Positions 39,439-52,549 of a stretch of DNA of 64,000 nt are shown here, one piece after another. Position 1 is the first letter of the stretch. Every line of letters starts with the position of its first letter. The notes beneath the pieces are model-generated. The model was not told the origin of the DNA, searched no databases, and saw nothing but the letters and a program-made list of their open reading frames with translations. The position numbers and the translations under genes are program-made. Source of the DNA: Octopus sinensis. Taxonomy: Eukaryota. Location: contig NC_042999.1 in assembly GCF_006345805.1 (NCBI RefSeq), forward strand, positions 144,274,001 to 144,338,000. The letters run 5' to 3'.

Positions 39439-39739
39439 CAGTCTGTTGTAATATAGAATTCAATCATTCACTGCTTATCAAACAAAAAACAAGAACCAGA
39501 ACTTGGTAATTGAAGAATTTAAAAACTAACGTTTCCATGTGAATGAAAGATAGACTGAGCTACATATAAAACCTGCAAGGGAGGCAATTTGAAAGGGAAT
39601 ATTAAGTAGTTTGTCTACTTGAGCAAACCTGTCATGAAGTGGTTCTCATTGAATACTCAGAAACTATCAGTAGATCTAGCACTTCTGGCATGCCATGTTT
39701 CAGGTCTGGGATTGATCTGATATCATACAACAACCGGAT

Positions 39740-40290
39740 GTATTTAGTTCAATGTTCCAGTCAAGATATGATGTATGACATATAGTATATCAGTTAGAAG
39801 GTATTCCATGGTGTACAGTGCAGCAGTCAGGGTATGCCCAATAGGATATACTACAGACAATATGCTGTATGGAGTACAATTCGATGGGCAAGTGTAAGTT
39901 ATGAGGAGTGCAGTTTGACAAAGAATATATTGTATAGTGTGACAGAGACATAAAGTACAGAGTAACACTCAGAGTATGTTGTATGGGAATCAGAGAAATA
40001 GGATATGTTGTGTGAAATACAATGTAGTATGTGTAGGGTATAATGCATGAAGTACAATGAAGACGTGCAAAGTACAGTGTGGCCATCAGATATGTTGTTT
40101 GAAGTACAAAGAAGTAGTGAGAGTATGTGTGAAGTACAGTGATGACATGCTAGGTGACATATACTGTGGCTGCCAAAAATATACTGTTTTGTAACATGAA
40201 GAATGTGGGTTAGAGTATGTCAGAATGTTGTGTGAAAAGAAGTGTAATAATCAGAGTATGTTGTACAGAATGCATTGCAGTAATCAGCAT
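39740..40290. repeat. Old degenerate minisatellite
   Basis: Recurrent (g/a)gtatgttgt(a/g)tg(g/a)agtaca-like units at irregular spacing of tens of bases. Confidence 0.6.
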
Positions 40291-40730
40291 ATGATACATT
40301 TATTTCTCTTTATGAATAATCATTAAGTATAATGGTTTATAAATAATCATTAAGTATAATTCTCTGGTGAGAAAGAAGGATTTTGTTAATGTGTGAGTTA
40401 ACACATTAACAGTTCAGACCTAGTAAGCAACTGAGGTTACGCTGGTGTTTCTTTTGTATTCATAATCAGCTTCTGCTTTATTTTCATAATTTGGATCTAA
40501 CCTCAACCCTGATATTCTCTAATTAACCAAAGATTGGCACTTATCATGCTAAAAGTGGTAAATCTTGTCTCACAAGAGAAAATAACTAAAAGTAAAAATT
40601 TAAAATAAAGATGACCAAAAAGAATATAGAGAATCTGGTATCTAAAAATTGCCTGTACACACACCAATTGAAATGTAGAAATAACAAACCAAACTTTTCA
40701 AAATAATAATAATAAAGTAAATATTTTTTT

Positions 40731-42053
40731 AAAGAAATGTCACTATTATACTAGTATATGCAAATTGTTACATAAAGAAACAATAAGTAGAACCCCAACC
40801 AGAATAATTAAAGACAAGACATACTGAACACTCTTGATCTCTTTGAAACTTAGCATTTCCCAAACTACCACAGACTGCACTTGTCAGATCATTCAACCAT
40901 TGCCAAATCAAAGCAGTAGTCACATTTCAACAGTCTCACTATCTCATACATTTACAGGTGCAGAAATACTTCCAGTCACTTCAAACCAACACTCAATGCC
41001 CATTCTATTACTCTCAAGTAGTGCACACCAGGGCTAGACCATCATCAAACTTTTCAATCATCCTTCTCTATCTACAGACATGCTACAATGTGTTCCATCT
41101 GCAAGCAGGGAAATTTCACCATCCTATCAACTACTAATCAATTATTCTTACTATAAGTAATGGAAACAATAATTAAGAAACAACACCTCTTATACCTTGG
41201 AGCTCTCTTCCTCATCTTTAATCATTAGTAAAACTTCTGTAGAGTCTGATTTACTGAGGTCATGTCATTCATTAGGGGCCACCATGACTGTGGGTTGTTC
41301 AGCAAAAGCAATGCTACCATCCTTGACTTAAATAAAGCTTCTGAACATGCTTGACATCAGAACCCCTCAGCTAAGCTCACTTGTAGCACCTTGTTTGCTT
41401 TTTTTTTTTCATTTGAAGCCGCCTGTCAGACAGTACCATCATACTGTGCACAAACAGAGCTCTCTCTGACTCACACAATCAACTTTGATATGCATGTAAG
41501 ATCTGGTTATGTTCTCCTACATTTTTCTTCCTCTATACTCACAATCTGATTGCTTTCACCTCTAATAATATTCCCATCTATGCAAATAATACTATTCTTC
41601 ATTTAACATCACAAGCTAACAGAGTACCTATTCACAATTAGATGGTTTGCATCAGTTGCACATACGCATAGTGTCAATAACAGGATGCCAACAAGAGGCA
41701 TTGACTAAGTGTAAACCAGCATCCAAGGACTCTACATCTACATACCTATTCCCAACAGAGATGTAGAAAGTTATGTGTACTAACCAAATATTTAAGGAAG
41801 CATATGCCATAGAATAGACTCAAAATTTATGAGTTGGTACTCAAATGCTTTTTTCATTAAGCCTTCTCATAGCTACCAATATACTTCATGTGGTGTGTTA
41901 GAACTATCGGTTGCTCTGGCTTAGTTTGTGAAGTGATAAATATTTAAAAAAAAGAAATGTGACTATTATACTAGTATATGCAAATTGTTACATAAAGAAA
42001 CAAAATTAGAACCCCAACCAGAATAATTAAAGACAAGACATACTGAATACTCT
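40731..42053 (+). repeat. About 104-bp direct repeat pair (40731-40834 and 41951-42053)
   Basis: aaagaaatgt(c/g)actattatactagtatatgcaaattg...catactgaa(c/t)actct is present twice with only a few differences. Confidence 0.95.
40836..41945 (+). mobile_element. Heavily decayed CR1/L2-group LINE RT fragment
   Basis: METIIKKQHLLYL near 41160 and ILDLNKASEHA-HQ near 41320 resemble (K)VMETII...LDISKAFD-VWH. Confidence 0.55.
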
Positions 42054-43140
42054 CAAGCAGACCTAATGCATGCTGCAACTGATCGATTGATTAATAGTAA
42101 CTCCCAGGCAAAGATACATGGATATTCTATGTTGCAGCCTCATGTGAAACTTCTCTGATGATAACATCTGAGGAGCCACAGAAAGTTCTGAGTTGACTGT
42201 ATCACAGAAAGGTTGGTTGATCTGAGGATAGGCAGTCAAACTCAGTGGAATGATAGACCACGGCTTTCTCTCTCATTACACTGGCTAAATGCCTTTCATC
42301 AGAGCTGAGCTGAGGTTAAACAACAACAAAAAGTAAGATCTTATAAAATTAAGTGAGGGGAATTATACAAGGTTTTCTCAAAGAAACAATAAAAGAAATT
42401 CTTCCAGTCTTGGAAATGCTACAAGACACTAGCCATAGCAAACATTGTTGTCAACTATGCATGGCAGACTTAGTCTATTCCAAACCCATATAAAACTTCT
42501 GGGCTAATTCAGTATATTAAACATTTACAAGAGGAAAAAAAAGGTATACTTATCAAATGCATAAAAATATATGAAAAATATATACTAAACCAAAGATAAA
42601 GATAATTGAGACACAAGAACCACAACATTTGAAGTTCAAAAGCAAAAAATAATTACAGGCAAAAAAAAAGGCAATTTTGTTAAATATTCACAAACTGAAA
42701 ATGACTTGTCCACAGATGGAATGAAGGTGGAAATAACTAAGAAAGCTTGCAGTTAATGTATTAGACATAAACTATGAATACACTAACACATGCCAACTGA
42801 CATCTACAAGAAATTAGATATACTGATGCAAACAGGGAATATAACACTGGAAACATTTTTTAAAAATATTTAAACAAATTGAAGAAACTGTGTGTAAGGC
42901 TAAAGACTGCAGTTTTAAGCATACATATATTATTTATATGTATGCCTATTTAAACTACAGTCATTAGTCTTACACAAAAATAGGCATACATATCTATATA
43001 CATATGTATGTATACACACACAAATTATAGTATCCAGCAAATTTGTCAACAACAATTTGTCTAAATTATAATTAATCTTTAAAAATTTGCTTGAAGTTTA
43101 TGAAATTCATGTAAATTTATGTAAATGTTGCAAATAATTT

Positions 43141-43374
43141 ACATTATTTGCAATTGACGGATATTTGTCCTCATCTTGTTTCTTGTTAATACATTTCGGC
43201 TGATATACCCTCAAGCCTTCATCAGGTGTCTTGGGGAAATTTTGAACCTGGGTTCTCATTCCTAAGGTATTTTTTAGTGTTATTATTACTATTGTTTTTG
43301 TTGTTCAGGTCACTGCTTGGAATCGAACTCAGAATCTTGGGGTTAGTAGCCTGCGCTCTTAACCACTATGCCAC
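43141..43374 (-). mobile_element. tRNA-headed SINE carrying a hammerhead core
   Basis: Head ggcatagtggttaagag...gagttcgattcc (A and B boxes); 3' part GACAC-CUGAUGA-A-GGCU(12 nt)AGCC-GAAA at 43230-43194. Confidence 0.8.
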
Positions 43375-43376
43375 AG

Positions 43377-43506
43377 GCATATGGCATAGTGGTTAAGAGT
43401 GTGGGCTATTAACCCCAAGATTCCGAGTTTGATTCCAAGCAATGACTTGAACAACAACAACAATAATAATAATAACATCGAAAAATACCTGAGGAATGAG
43501 AACCCA
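43377..43506 (+). mobile_element. Truncated second copy of the tRNA/hammerhead SINE, head-to-head with the first
   Basis: Reverse complement of 43250-43374; stops at gagaacccag. Confidence 0.8.
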
Positions 43507-43634
43507 GTAGCCTGCGCTCTTAATATTATACTTAATGCTGTCATAGTACTCATTTTATCGGCCTTGGAAGGATGAAAGGTTAATTTGATCCTGTTTCGAT
43601 TTGAACTTCAGAAAAAAAAAAGGGACTTGATATA

Positions 43635-43870
43635 GTATTAGTGGTTAAGAGTGCGGCTACTAACCACAAGATTCTGAGTTCAATTCCAGGCAGTGACCTG
43701 AATAATAATAACAAAAATACCTTAGGAATGAGAACCCAGGTTCGAAATTTCCCCCAAGACACCTGATGAGGGTATATCAGCCAAAACGTGTTAACAACAA
43801 ACAAGATGAGGACAAATATCCATCAATCATAAATAATGTACATAATTCTTCATCTCTTAAATATAGAACT
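43635..43870 (+). mobile_element. Third copy of the tRNA/hammerhead SINE, ribozyme core broken
   Basis: Same head and tail; 8-nt deletion after ctgatga and GAAA changed to AAAA. Confidence 0.8.
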
Positions 43871-44704
43871 GTATGTTGCAGATAAATTGTCTACAAACAC
43901 AATTTATCTGCAACAATTTCTTTAAAATATAATTCATCTAAAAAAAAATGTTGAATAACAAGAAACAACACCACACACACACATACACAATCAGTCATAC
44001 ATCACCACCCCAACTACTACAACAACAACATGAATCTACTACTACTACCACTTACAATTTAATTGTGTAGAAAGCACTTTTATTTCAATTTTTAGAAGAA
44101 TTATCTTTTAGACAAATTGTTGTAGATGAATTGTACAACTAGATAAACCATTTCAGATAAACTGTGACTTGTACCACACTGAGGACGCAGAACCGGCAAA
44201 GACTATTAGACTAAAGCTGCTGCAATAGTCCAAAATAAAGTCTCTGAATCTCTCTGAGACAGGGTGCCTGTTATGTAGTATGGACCTACAGCATTTCTAA
44301 GATCCACAACAATACCAGGACCCTTTTGCTCATCTGGGCTTTGCTGAACAACTGGAACACCATGTCTAAGTATATGAGATGTCCTAGTACTTTCAAGACT
44401 TTTTCTTCTAAAACTTAGTAATCATTGTAGTTGCTCCTCAAGAACACCTCAGTTCTGAAAGTCACCTAGCAAAAGTGCTGAAAAATATACTCTCCCTCAA
44501 CTCCAAATAGCAAGAAGATGCTAAACTGACTGATATTTTTTGACTCTTCTACCTTTGGAATTCATATCTGTATTGCATGCCTCAGTTGATCTACCTAACC
44601 CACCACCTCTACATTACATTCAGGATTCTCCAGAACATGTAGTGCAACGTTGGGCAGTTCTTATGTACCTTGTTAAGTATCCCACTCAGTCCTTTTAGAA
44701 CTTC

Positions 44705-45290
44705 ATCATCATCATCATTTAACGTCCATTGTCCATGCTTGATGGTTTGATAGAGCTGGCACATTGGAAGGTCGCACCAGACTCCAGTCTCATTTGGCAT
44801 GGTTTTCTACGGCTGAATGTCCTTTCTAATACTAACCACACCGTGAGTGTAACTGGTGCTCTTACATGCCACTGGTAGCTGCCACGACTGTGATTTTGCT
44901 TGGCTCGATAGGTCTTCTTCGGCACGATATAATGCCAAAAGTGTTGGTCATTGCCTCCATGAGGCCCAACACTCGAAAGGAGCTCAGCCACTTTGCTTTC
45001 ATGAGGCCCAACGCTCAAAAGGAACTCAGCCACTTTGCCTCTGTGAGGCCCAATGTTAAAAAGATGTTCTTTACGTGCCACCAGCACAAGTACAATTGGC
45101 TGATGGGTCCTCTCAAACACAACACATCACCAAAAGTCTCAGTCACCAGTCATTGCCTCAGTGAGGCTCAAAGTTCAAAGATCATTCTTCACTACCTCCT
45201 CCCATGTCTTCCTGGGTCCACCTCTACCACAGGTTCCCTCCACAGTTAGAGATAAGCACTTCTTTATACAGCTATCCTCGTCCAACTTTC
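44705..45290 (-). mobile_element. RTE 3'-end/RTE-tailed SINE with internal ~42-bp tandem repeats
   Basis: gaggcccaac repeated three times at 44960-45055; (CAT)n tail on the plus strand at 44704-44717. Confidence 0.8.
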
Positions 45291-46879
45291 ATTTCAAATT
45301 TCAGAGCTAATGCAGGCAGTGTGCTGAGCTCAAATTGAGGAGCAAACCTTTGGAAGGGATAGACCCATGAAGACATGAGACAAAGTGGTAAGAAAGGATC
45401 TTTGGACATTGGGCTTCACTGAACAAATGACAAGGGACCAGGAGTTGTGATTTGCTGTCTCCTGTCAAACCACCAGCAAGGAAAACAGTCACTAAACAAT
45501 GATGACGATGATGATAGAGTGGTCTAGATGTCAGTCCATGAATTTGTCACTGAAGGTGTCTCTGAAATAGCTATTACCCCTCACCTTCGTCAGTAGCTAT
45601 GTCAAGCTCTTCAGTTCCTACCTGAGCTAGTGGATCTTCTTGACCCTGTTGTTCATAGAGTAGGTATGATTCACTGCTCATCTTTCCTTTAACTTGAACC
45701 TCTCAGTTGCTAGACAGGTGATGGTGGTCACTGTCTATATGTGCAAACTAGCATCAGCTTTGGTCGCTGTTTTCAAGATGGAATTAATGAGTTTGTCATT
45801 AGTTTCAAGCTCTGTTATACTGGATAGGTCTAGGGTTTGTAACATCTGAAACTTTTAGGAACTGAGAGTTAACTCCAGGCCTGATTCCCACTGCATTTCA
45901 CCAGGGTTAGTTAATATGTACCATAACATTTACACAGTTTGCAAACATTTCGTTCTGAGCTGGGTAATTTTTAGACCATGCTCAGAGAACTTGCTGCAAA
46001 TGTATTCCATATCCATTACTAAATCCTTATTGCCATGAGTGACTAAGCACTGGAGTGTCAAAATGAGATTTTTGTCCTACTCACTCTCTAAGGATGTATA
46101 TGCATATGAAGGAGATAACTGGCACCCTGCTATTCTTCAGAAGGCCTGTCCACCACCACCACCACCACAGAATTGATATCCTAAAATCAGCTTCATAAAT
46201 GCTTTCACATGTGGAGCCTGTCCCACCTCCATTCTCACTGTCCAGTTAAGCTTCCCACTCCCCACCTCTATATCTCTAACACTCATCACTTCTCTATCTC
46301 TGGTATTATTAAAGTATCATAGTCACCTGAGAGCAGACTAGGTTCATACATACCCTCTCTTTCGTTACCTTCCTCTTTCTTCCCCCACCCCAGATCCACT
46401 TCCACTTATTATCTTCCTCAAACCATACCTTCATCCCTCTGCTATAACACTTCTTATTTGCTATCACTCCCAATGTCCTCATATATCTAACATAACATAT
46501 ACAAGTCACTCTTATATCTCTTACCATCAGTTACTAAAACCACCTCTATCCCATCTAACCATCTATCCTCATAGTCTAATGAAAATTTTCCCTCTTTCCC
46601 GGCTGCCCACTTACCCAGTCCAATCTTCTGTATCACTTCACCTCTTTTCACCCCAACCGCCACTGTACCTTGAGGGTATGTTCTAACACATATCCATCAC
46701 CATCTCTCTCACTCTCTCCATCTTTCTCTCCTTTCTCAACTGGAGTACCCTCGTATCTCTTCTACAGCAAGCCATCTATCTCTATTCCTCTATTGTATCA
46801 TGAACTGGCACAAAGCCCCCACCCTCTGTATCATCACACACACACAACACACACACACACACACACACAGAGTCATGGG

Positions 46880-47554
46880 AACTCTGTCTTGCAAGTTACT
46901 TGGTGACTAGTGCTGGTGCCACAACAAAAGCAGTGAGTACACATTAAAGTGGTTAGCTTTAGGAAGGGCATCCAGCTGTAGAAATCAAGCCAAAACAGAT
47001 TAGACTTTGGCACAGTCCTCCAGCTTGCCAGCTCTTGTCAAACTGTCCAACCCATCCAAGCATGGAAAACAGATATTAAGTGGTGATGATGATGATGTCT
47101 TGCTGAAGAGGAGGTAACCATGTACCTCCTCTGCAGCAAGACACTTGTTTCTGTCACACTCTAACCTTTCAACATCTGACACAAGGTCACCTACTCCAAT
47201 GCACCTCCCCTCTCAAAGGATGTTTGTCTTGCAAGTTACTTGGAGAGCCTGCCAGTGTTGGGGTCACATAAAAAGCATCCAGTCCACACTGTAAAGTGGT
47301 TGGCATTTGGAAGGACATCCAACTATAAAAACCATGCTGAAACTGACCTCACCTGTGCAAGTGCCATGTAAAAAGCAATCAGTCCACTCTGCGGGGTGGT
47401 TGGTCTTTACAAAGAGCATCCAACTGTAAAAATTGTGCCAAAACAGACACAGAAGTCTGGTGCAGTTTTCTGTTTCTGCCTGGGCAGCTCCTGTTAAACT
47501 GCCCAACTCATGCCAGCATGGAAGGCAGACAAACGATGATGTTGATGATGATGA

Positions 47555-47614
<60 letters not shown>

Positions 47615-48390
47615 CTTTTTCATATAATGTGTTGGACGAATATTTTGAGACAGTGTTTTATGGACAGATGTTCTTTCTGTTGGTAAACTTCATATTTTAT
47701 GATACACAAGTGTATGGTATACCTATTCTAAAATTAGGATACACACAATTATCAGTATCATCTCCAACATCATTTTACAACTGCTTTTCATGCTGACATG
47801 GGTTGGACAAGCCACCATGATCAGACCCAGCAAGTATACAGAGATATTGCTCACTTAGACAGGGCCCAAGAACCACATCTCCCTCAAGTTTCATTTTTGT
47901 CTTGGTTTCTATGACCAGATGCCCTTCCTATCACCAACCACTTTACAGGATGTACTGAGTGTTTTTCTCAAGGCACCAGCAGTACAGAGGCTTCATGCAC
48001 TTTCCTGCATATAAAAGGTGCATGGAGTCAAATTTATTGTGAAGATCAAGTTGACTGGGATTTTAAGTTCTGCTTATCAGCTTCAACTATAGTTGAATAA
48101 ACACACCAGTAGTGTGTGTGTGTGTGTACATATGTATGTGTACACACACACACAAATAAAAATGCATATATCATGAGCTTCATTTTTATATCTGCTTTTC
48201 ATGCTGTCATGAGGTGGATAGTTCCACAGGATCCAAAAGATCAGAAGATGACCTCTTGTTCTAGTAGCCCAGTTTTGGTATGGTCCTATGGCTGGATGCT
48301 CTTCCTGATGTCAATCACTTCACAAAGTGTACTGCATGTTTTTTGCATAGCACCAGCATTAGCGAAGTTGCCTTGTAACCTGCAATTCTA
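46880..48390. mobile_element. Cluster of RTE-tailed SINE fragments in both orientations
   Basis: Plus copies at about 46880-47095 and 47220-47560; minus copies at about 47750-47990 and 48160-48390. Confidence 0.7.
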
Positions 48391-49210
48391 AAGAACACCC
48401 ACCAACTGAAAGGAAGGATAGGGTGGTTACATAAAGTGTAATGTTGAGAAGTTAAAGTATGATGGAAAGAGCAAGAACAGATTTACTATTCTGCATGAGA
48501 TTCATGTTGGTGTGGTACCCAAAAGAGAGTTAAAAGATGGTAGCAAGGTACCAAAATATAATTTCATAAGCTGTCTAAGAAGGTAAATAGAAGTGTCGAT
48601 ACCCCTTACATGAAAAACAAGTAAGAGTTAGCAACAGGAAGGGCACCTGAGTGTAAAACAATGCTTCAATAATATATTCATCTAACCAATGTTAAATGGA
48701 AAAAAAGGTAAAAATATACAAAAAAAAATGCATACAAATCTTCCCACATCTCCTTTCACATGCTCCAATCACTTTGAGCACACAGCTCACCTCCTCCATA
48801 TGCATGATGTACCCATACCAATACAGTCTTCTATCTTTCACACTACATCTGATTCCTCTTACATATACATTTATAAATACAATATAGCTGAATGGCTGAG
48901 AAATTCGCATTGCAATCACAAGATTCTTACTGTGTTGCATCTTTGACAAGGATCTTTTAAAATAACCTTAAGGTGATCCATGCCTATTGAGCCAAATTGG
49001 GCAGACAGAAACTGTGTAGAAGTTTACCAGATGGATTGTACAGGTAATTAAGTGGTCTACCCTTCTCACTGCTTGAGCATTACATTAAGGGTACATTGTG
49101 AAATACTCAACCACTATTTCCATTTGTAGTTAGTCCAACGGATTGAAGAAGTGATAACTTATGGTTGGAAATTTCAACTGATATCCATTTATTTTCACAT
49201 ATGAATATGC

Positions 49211-49263
<53 letters not shown>

Positions 49264-49792
49264 CATTTATACATATATATATCATTTGTATGTTGATGTT
49301 CTTTCATACAAAATTATAGGTCCTCAATCCACAGTTGCAGATATGTATGCATGGTACAATAACTAGAGTTACAAATTCAAATCAAAAGTCTTCAATAAGA
49401 AGTTGATTGTATAAAACTTTTAGGTATGAGTTTGTAATCTTACTAGTATACATACAAATGAACATGGCTCTGTGGCTATATTGCATAGCAGATAATATGT
49501 TGCATAAAATGTGTAACGTGCCAACAGCCTGACTAAAGTGATTATCAAATGTGCAGAAGATATAATTCTACATATGCTATCATGCAGATGGTGGTAATCC
49601 ACAGATGATGCAATTAAATCTTAAGTGCAGCTTAAATGTTTTGCCACAAAACTAAACAATTACTGCAGGCAGTTTCCAGATAGCATCCTGGAATTTTAAG
49701 AATAGTTGACTTAAGTATACCTTGGTCTAGAGAGGATGTAAAGAGTTTACATCAGTCAAGAAAGGTGCAAAGCTAGCTACAGTATTGCCTAC

Positions 49793-49894
49793 CTGGAAGG
49801 TGAGTGCACAGGAGAAGTGCTTGCGGATTTAGACTTATCATCATGTCGAGGTGTATCCAACAAATTACCAGAACCACTGCCACCGCTGTATGCC
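49793..49894 (-). CDS. BMP2K: NAK kinase exon (AYSGGSGSGNLLDTPRHDDKSKSASTSPVHSPS-R)
   Basis: Acceptor tttgatttcag, donor gtaggc, 102 nt, phase 2 to 2. KSKSASTSP resembles AAK1 KSKSATTTP. Confidence 0.9.
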
Positions 49895-51905
49895 CTGAAA
49901 TCAAATTACACTGTTGCAAATCACAAGCAAGAAAAAAACCTGACAGAACCTGGAGGACAGCAATACATAGGAAGTATCACAAGGTTCTTAGTTGAGGAGG
50001 GTTTAGAGCTTGTGGGAAAATATAAAATAAAATAAAGTTATAAAATAAAATAAGAAATATTTTATAGAAGCAAAGATTCATCAATTGCTTGATTGGCTAC
50101 ACCATCTCACCTGCCACTCCTACAAACTAAACAGTCTTCAGATCTTTGCAAAACAAGACTGTTTAGTTTACTCTTTTTTTTTTAAGACAACACTTTTAAT
50201 TTCACAGAATCTACTCATCATACCATCTCAACTTTCTTCCATTGCATATCTAGTTTAGAAATAAAAGGTGCAAAATTGTGATTAAAACAAAAGATTTCAT
50301 GTTTCTATCTTCTTCGTGTTGCCTTTGGCCAATTTAGATTAAATATTTAATGAAGATTTTCTCTTTTTCATGGCTTACACAAAGAAGAGCCGCTTCAATG
50401 ACCTTTTTCAAAGTGTCATTGACAGGTAGAAGGAAGTCATCTTCAGATCAAAGACCTAACTTGATTCTTTGCTTCCTCTCAAGATACCCAATGACACAAG
50501 ATTGGTATAAAATCAGGCAACAGATTACATCTGTCATTATGTGTGGGTATCTTATTTCAAATTTGTTACAGCACAGGTTGCAGTGTAGAGATCTTTCAAA
50601 TTGATAATTCTAAATATTTTATACAGAGGTTTATCTTTCTTCTATGGTTTAATAAATTAATATTTTTCCTTGCCATATAATTATATTACTGAAATACAAC
50701 ACACATGAGTTTGAGATTATCTTTTATTAACTTTGTTATTCCTTTTGTAAGCTTAAAGTTTTTTTTTTTTTATCTTAACATTTGGAATGTATTTTCCTAA
50801 CTAGCTTATTAAATCTGCACATTGTAGTGTCTGGAGATGCTGATGATTAAACTCAACTTCCATTTCATACCAAAAAAACGCTCAAATTTAACTCCGAGAT
50901 ACACAGAGGAAATCATTTAAATGTGCTTGTGGTGGTTAGCTTTGATGATGGAAAGCAAGTGTCTGGTAAGATATAGTGGTGTATAAGACTTAAACATTAA
51001 GCTTCTGACACTAGCCTATCATCTTTCAAAGTATTTGCAATGTTGTGCTTTGTGCAGTGAAATCCCCATAATGTGGTGCTAGTGGTGTTAGCATTAGTAA
51101 TGGCAGTTATGATAGCAGTGCTAACTGTATATAGTCTTAGAAGCTGAAATGTTATAATCTTCCCAGAATTTCACTTTCAGAATCTTAACCACTGAAATGC
51201 AACTGCAAGATTTAGATTAGAAACCTTGCTAAAAGTCATAGCACATCTGGCTAAAAGCAACAGACATCCCTCGTACTTTAGAAGAACAAACGATCACAAT
51301 TATCCCAGTTACATATCTCATTGTACTCTACAATACTTAATAATAATATTAATAATAAAAATATATTATGATTAGATCAGTTTTGCAAGAAGAAAGGAAT
51401 AGCCACATGATTTGAACTCCAGTATATTAGTAAAAATGAGATTTTTTTTAAATGTTGATAAAATCAGTACCAATCATACACCATGGTCAATTCAAGATAC
51501 ACCCTCCCACCATATCTAAATTGTGGCCTTATGCTAACAGCAAAAATGTCAATTTATCACAACTGTATTGCTGTCTATGATTTCCATGTCATTGTTGTCA
51601 GTCATCATCGTCATCAACATCATCATTTGAACAACTGTTTTCCTCTATTAGCATAAATGAAATAAGTCTGTAACACAGCACACCATGCATCTCAATCATT
51701 TGATATCTCATCTGTGAAGTAAGATGGCTAGAGCTGGGAATCAAAAATGAGTCAATAACCCACTACACCAAGATCTTACTTTCTACTTTACAGTCCTTGC
51801 CCTCTCACCAAAACCATAAAATTATTTTTAAAACTAAAACATTTAAACTATTTTTATAATAAAAAATGTAATAATAATAAAATAAAAAAATATAATAATA
51901 ATAAT

Positions 51906-52549
51906 CCTTTCTACTACAGGTAAAAGACCTGAAATTTTGGGGGAAGGATTAGTCAATTACATTGATCCCAGTACACAACTGGTACTTATTTCATTGACCC
52001 CAAAAGGGAGAAAGGCAAAGTCAACCTCAGAACAACATAAAGACAGACAAAATGCCATTAACCATTTTGTCTAATGTGTTAATGATTCTACCAGCTCACC
52101 ATCTGAATAATAATAATAATCATTTCTACTTAAGGCACAAGGCCTGAAATTTTGGGGGAGGAATTAAGCTGATTACATCAACCCCAGTGTTTCACTGGTA
52201 CTTAATTTATTGACCACAAAAGGATGATAGACAAAGTCAACCATGGCAGAATTTGAATTCCGAACATGAAGACGGACGAAATGCTGCTAAGTATTTTGTC
52301 CGGCATGATAATGATTCTGCCAGCTCACCGCCTTTCTAATAATAACAATTAAAATAATAACAATAACAATCCTTTCTAATATAAGCACAATGTGGAGCAA
52401 ATTGGCCCCAGTACATGACTGGTACTTTATTTTATCAACCTGAAAGGATGAAAGGCAAAGTTGACCTTGGCAGGATTTGAATTCAGAATATAAAGAACTG
52501 GAACAGATGCTGTAAGTCATTCTGCCTAACACTTTAACGAGTCTGCCAA
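51906..52549 (-). mobile_element. Three tandem copies of SINE family A
   Basis: Cores at about 52010, 52225 and 52450, each preceded by (AAT)n. Confidence 0.88.

Noticed and set aside
43314-43447. tRNA genes
   Set aside because: The A/B boxes and anticodon-like arm are present, but there is no acceptor stem, and they continue into a repeated SINE body.
50330-50604. Protein-like stretch on both strands
   Set aside because: There is no phase-compatible splice pair, there are in-frame stops, and the neighbouring exons already join in frame.
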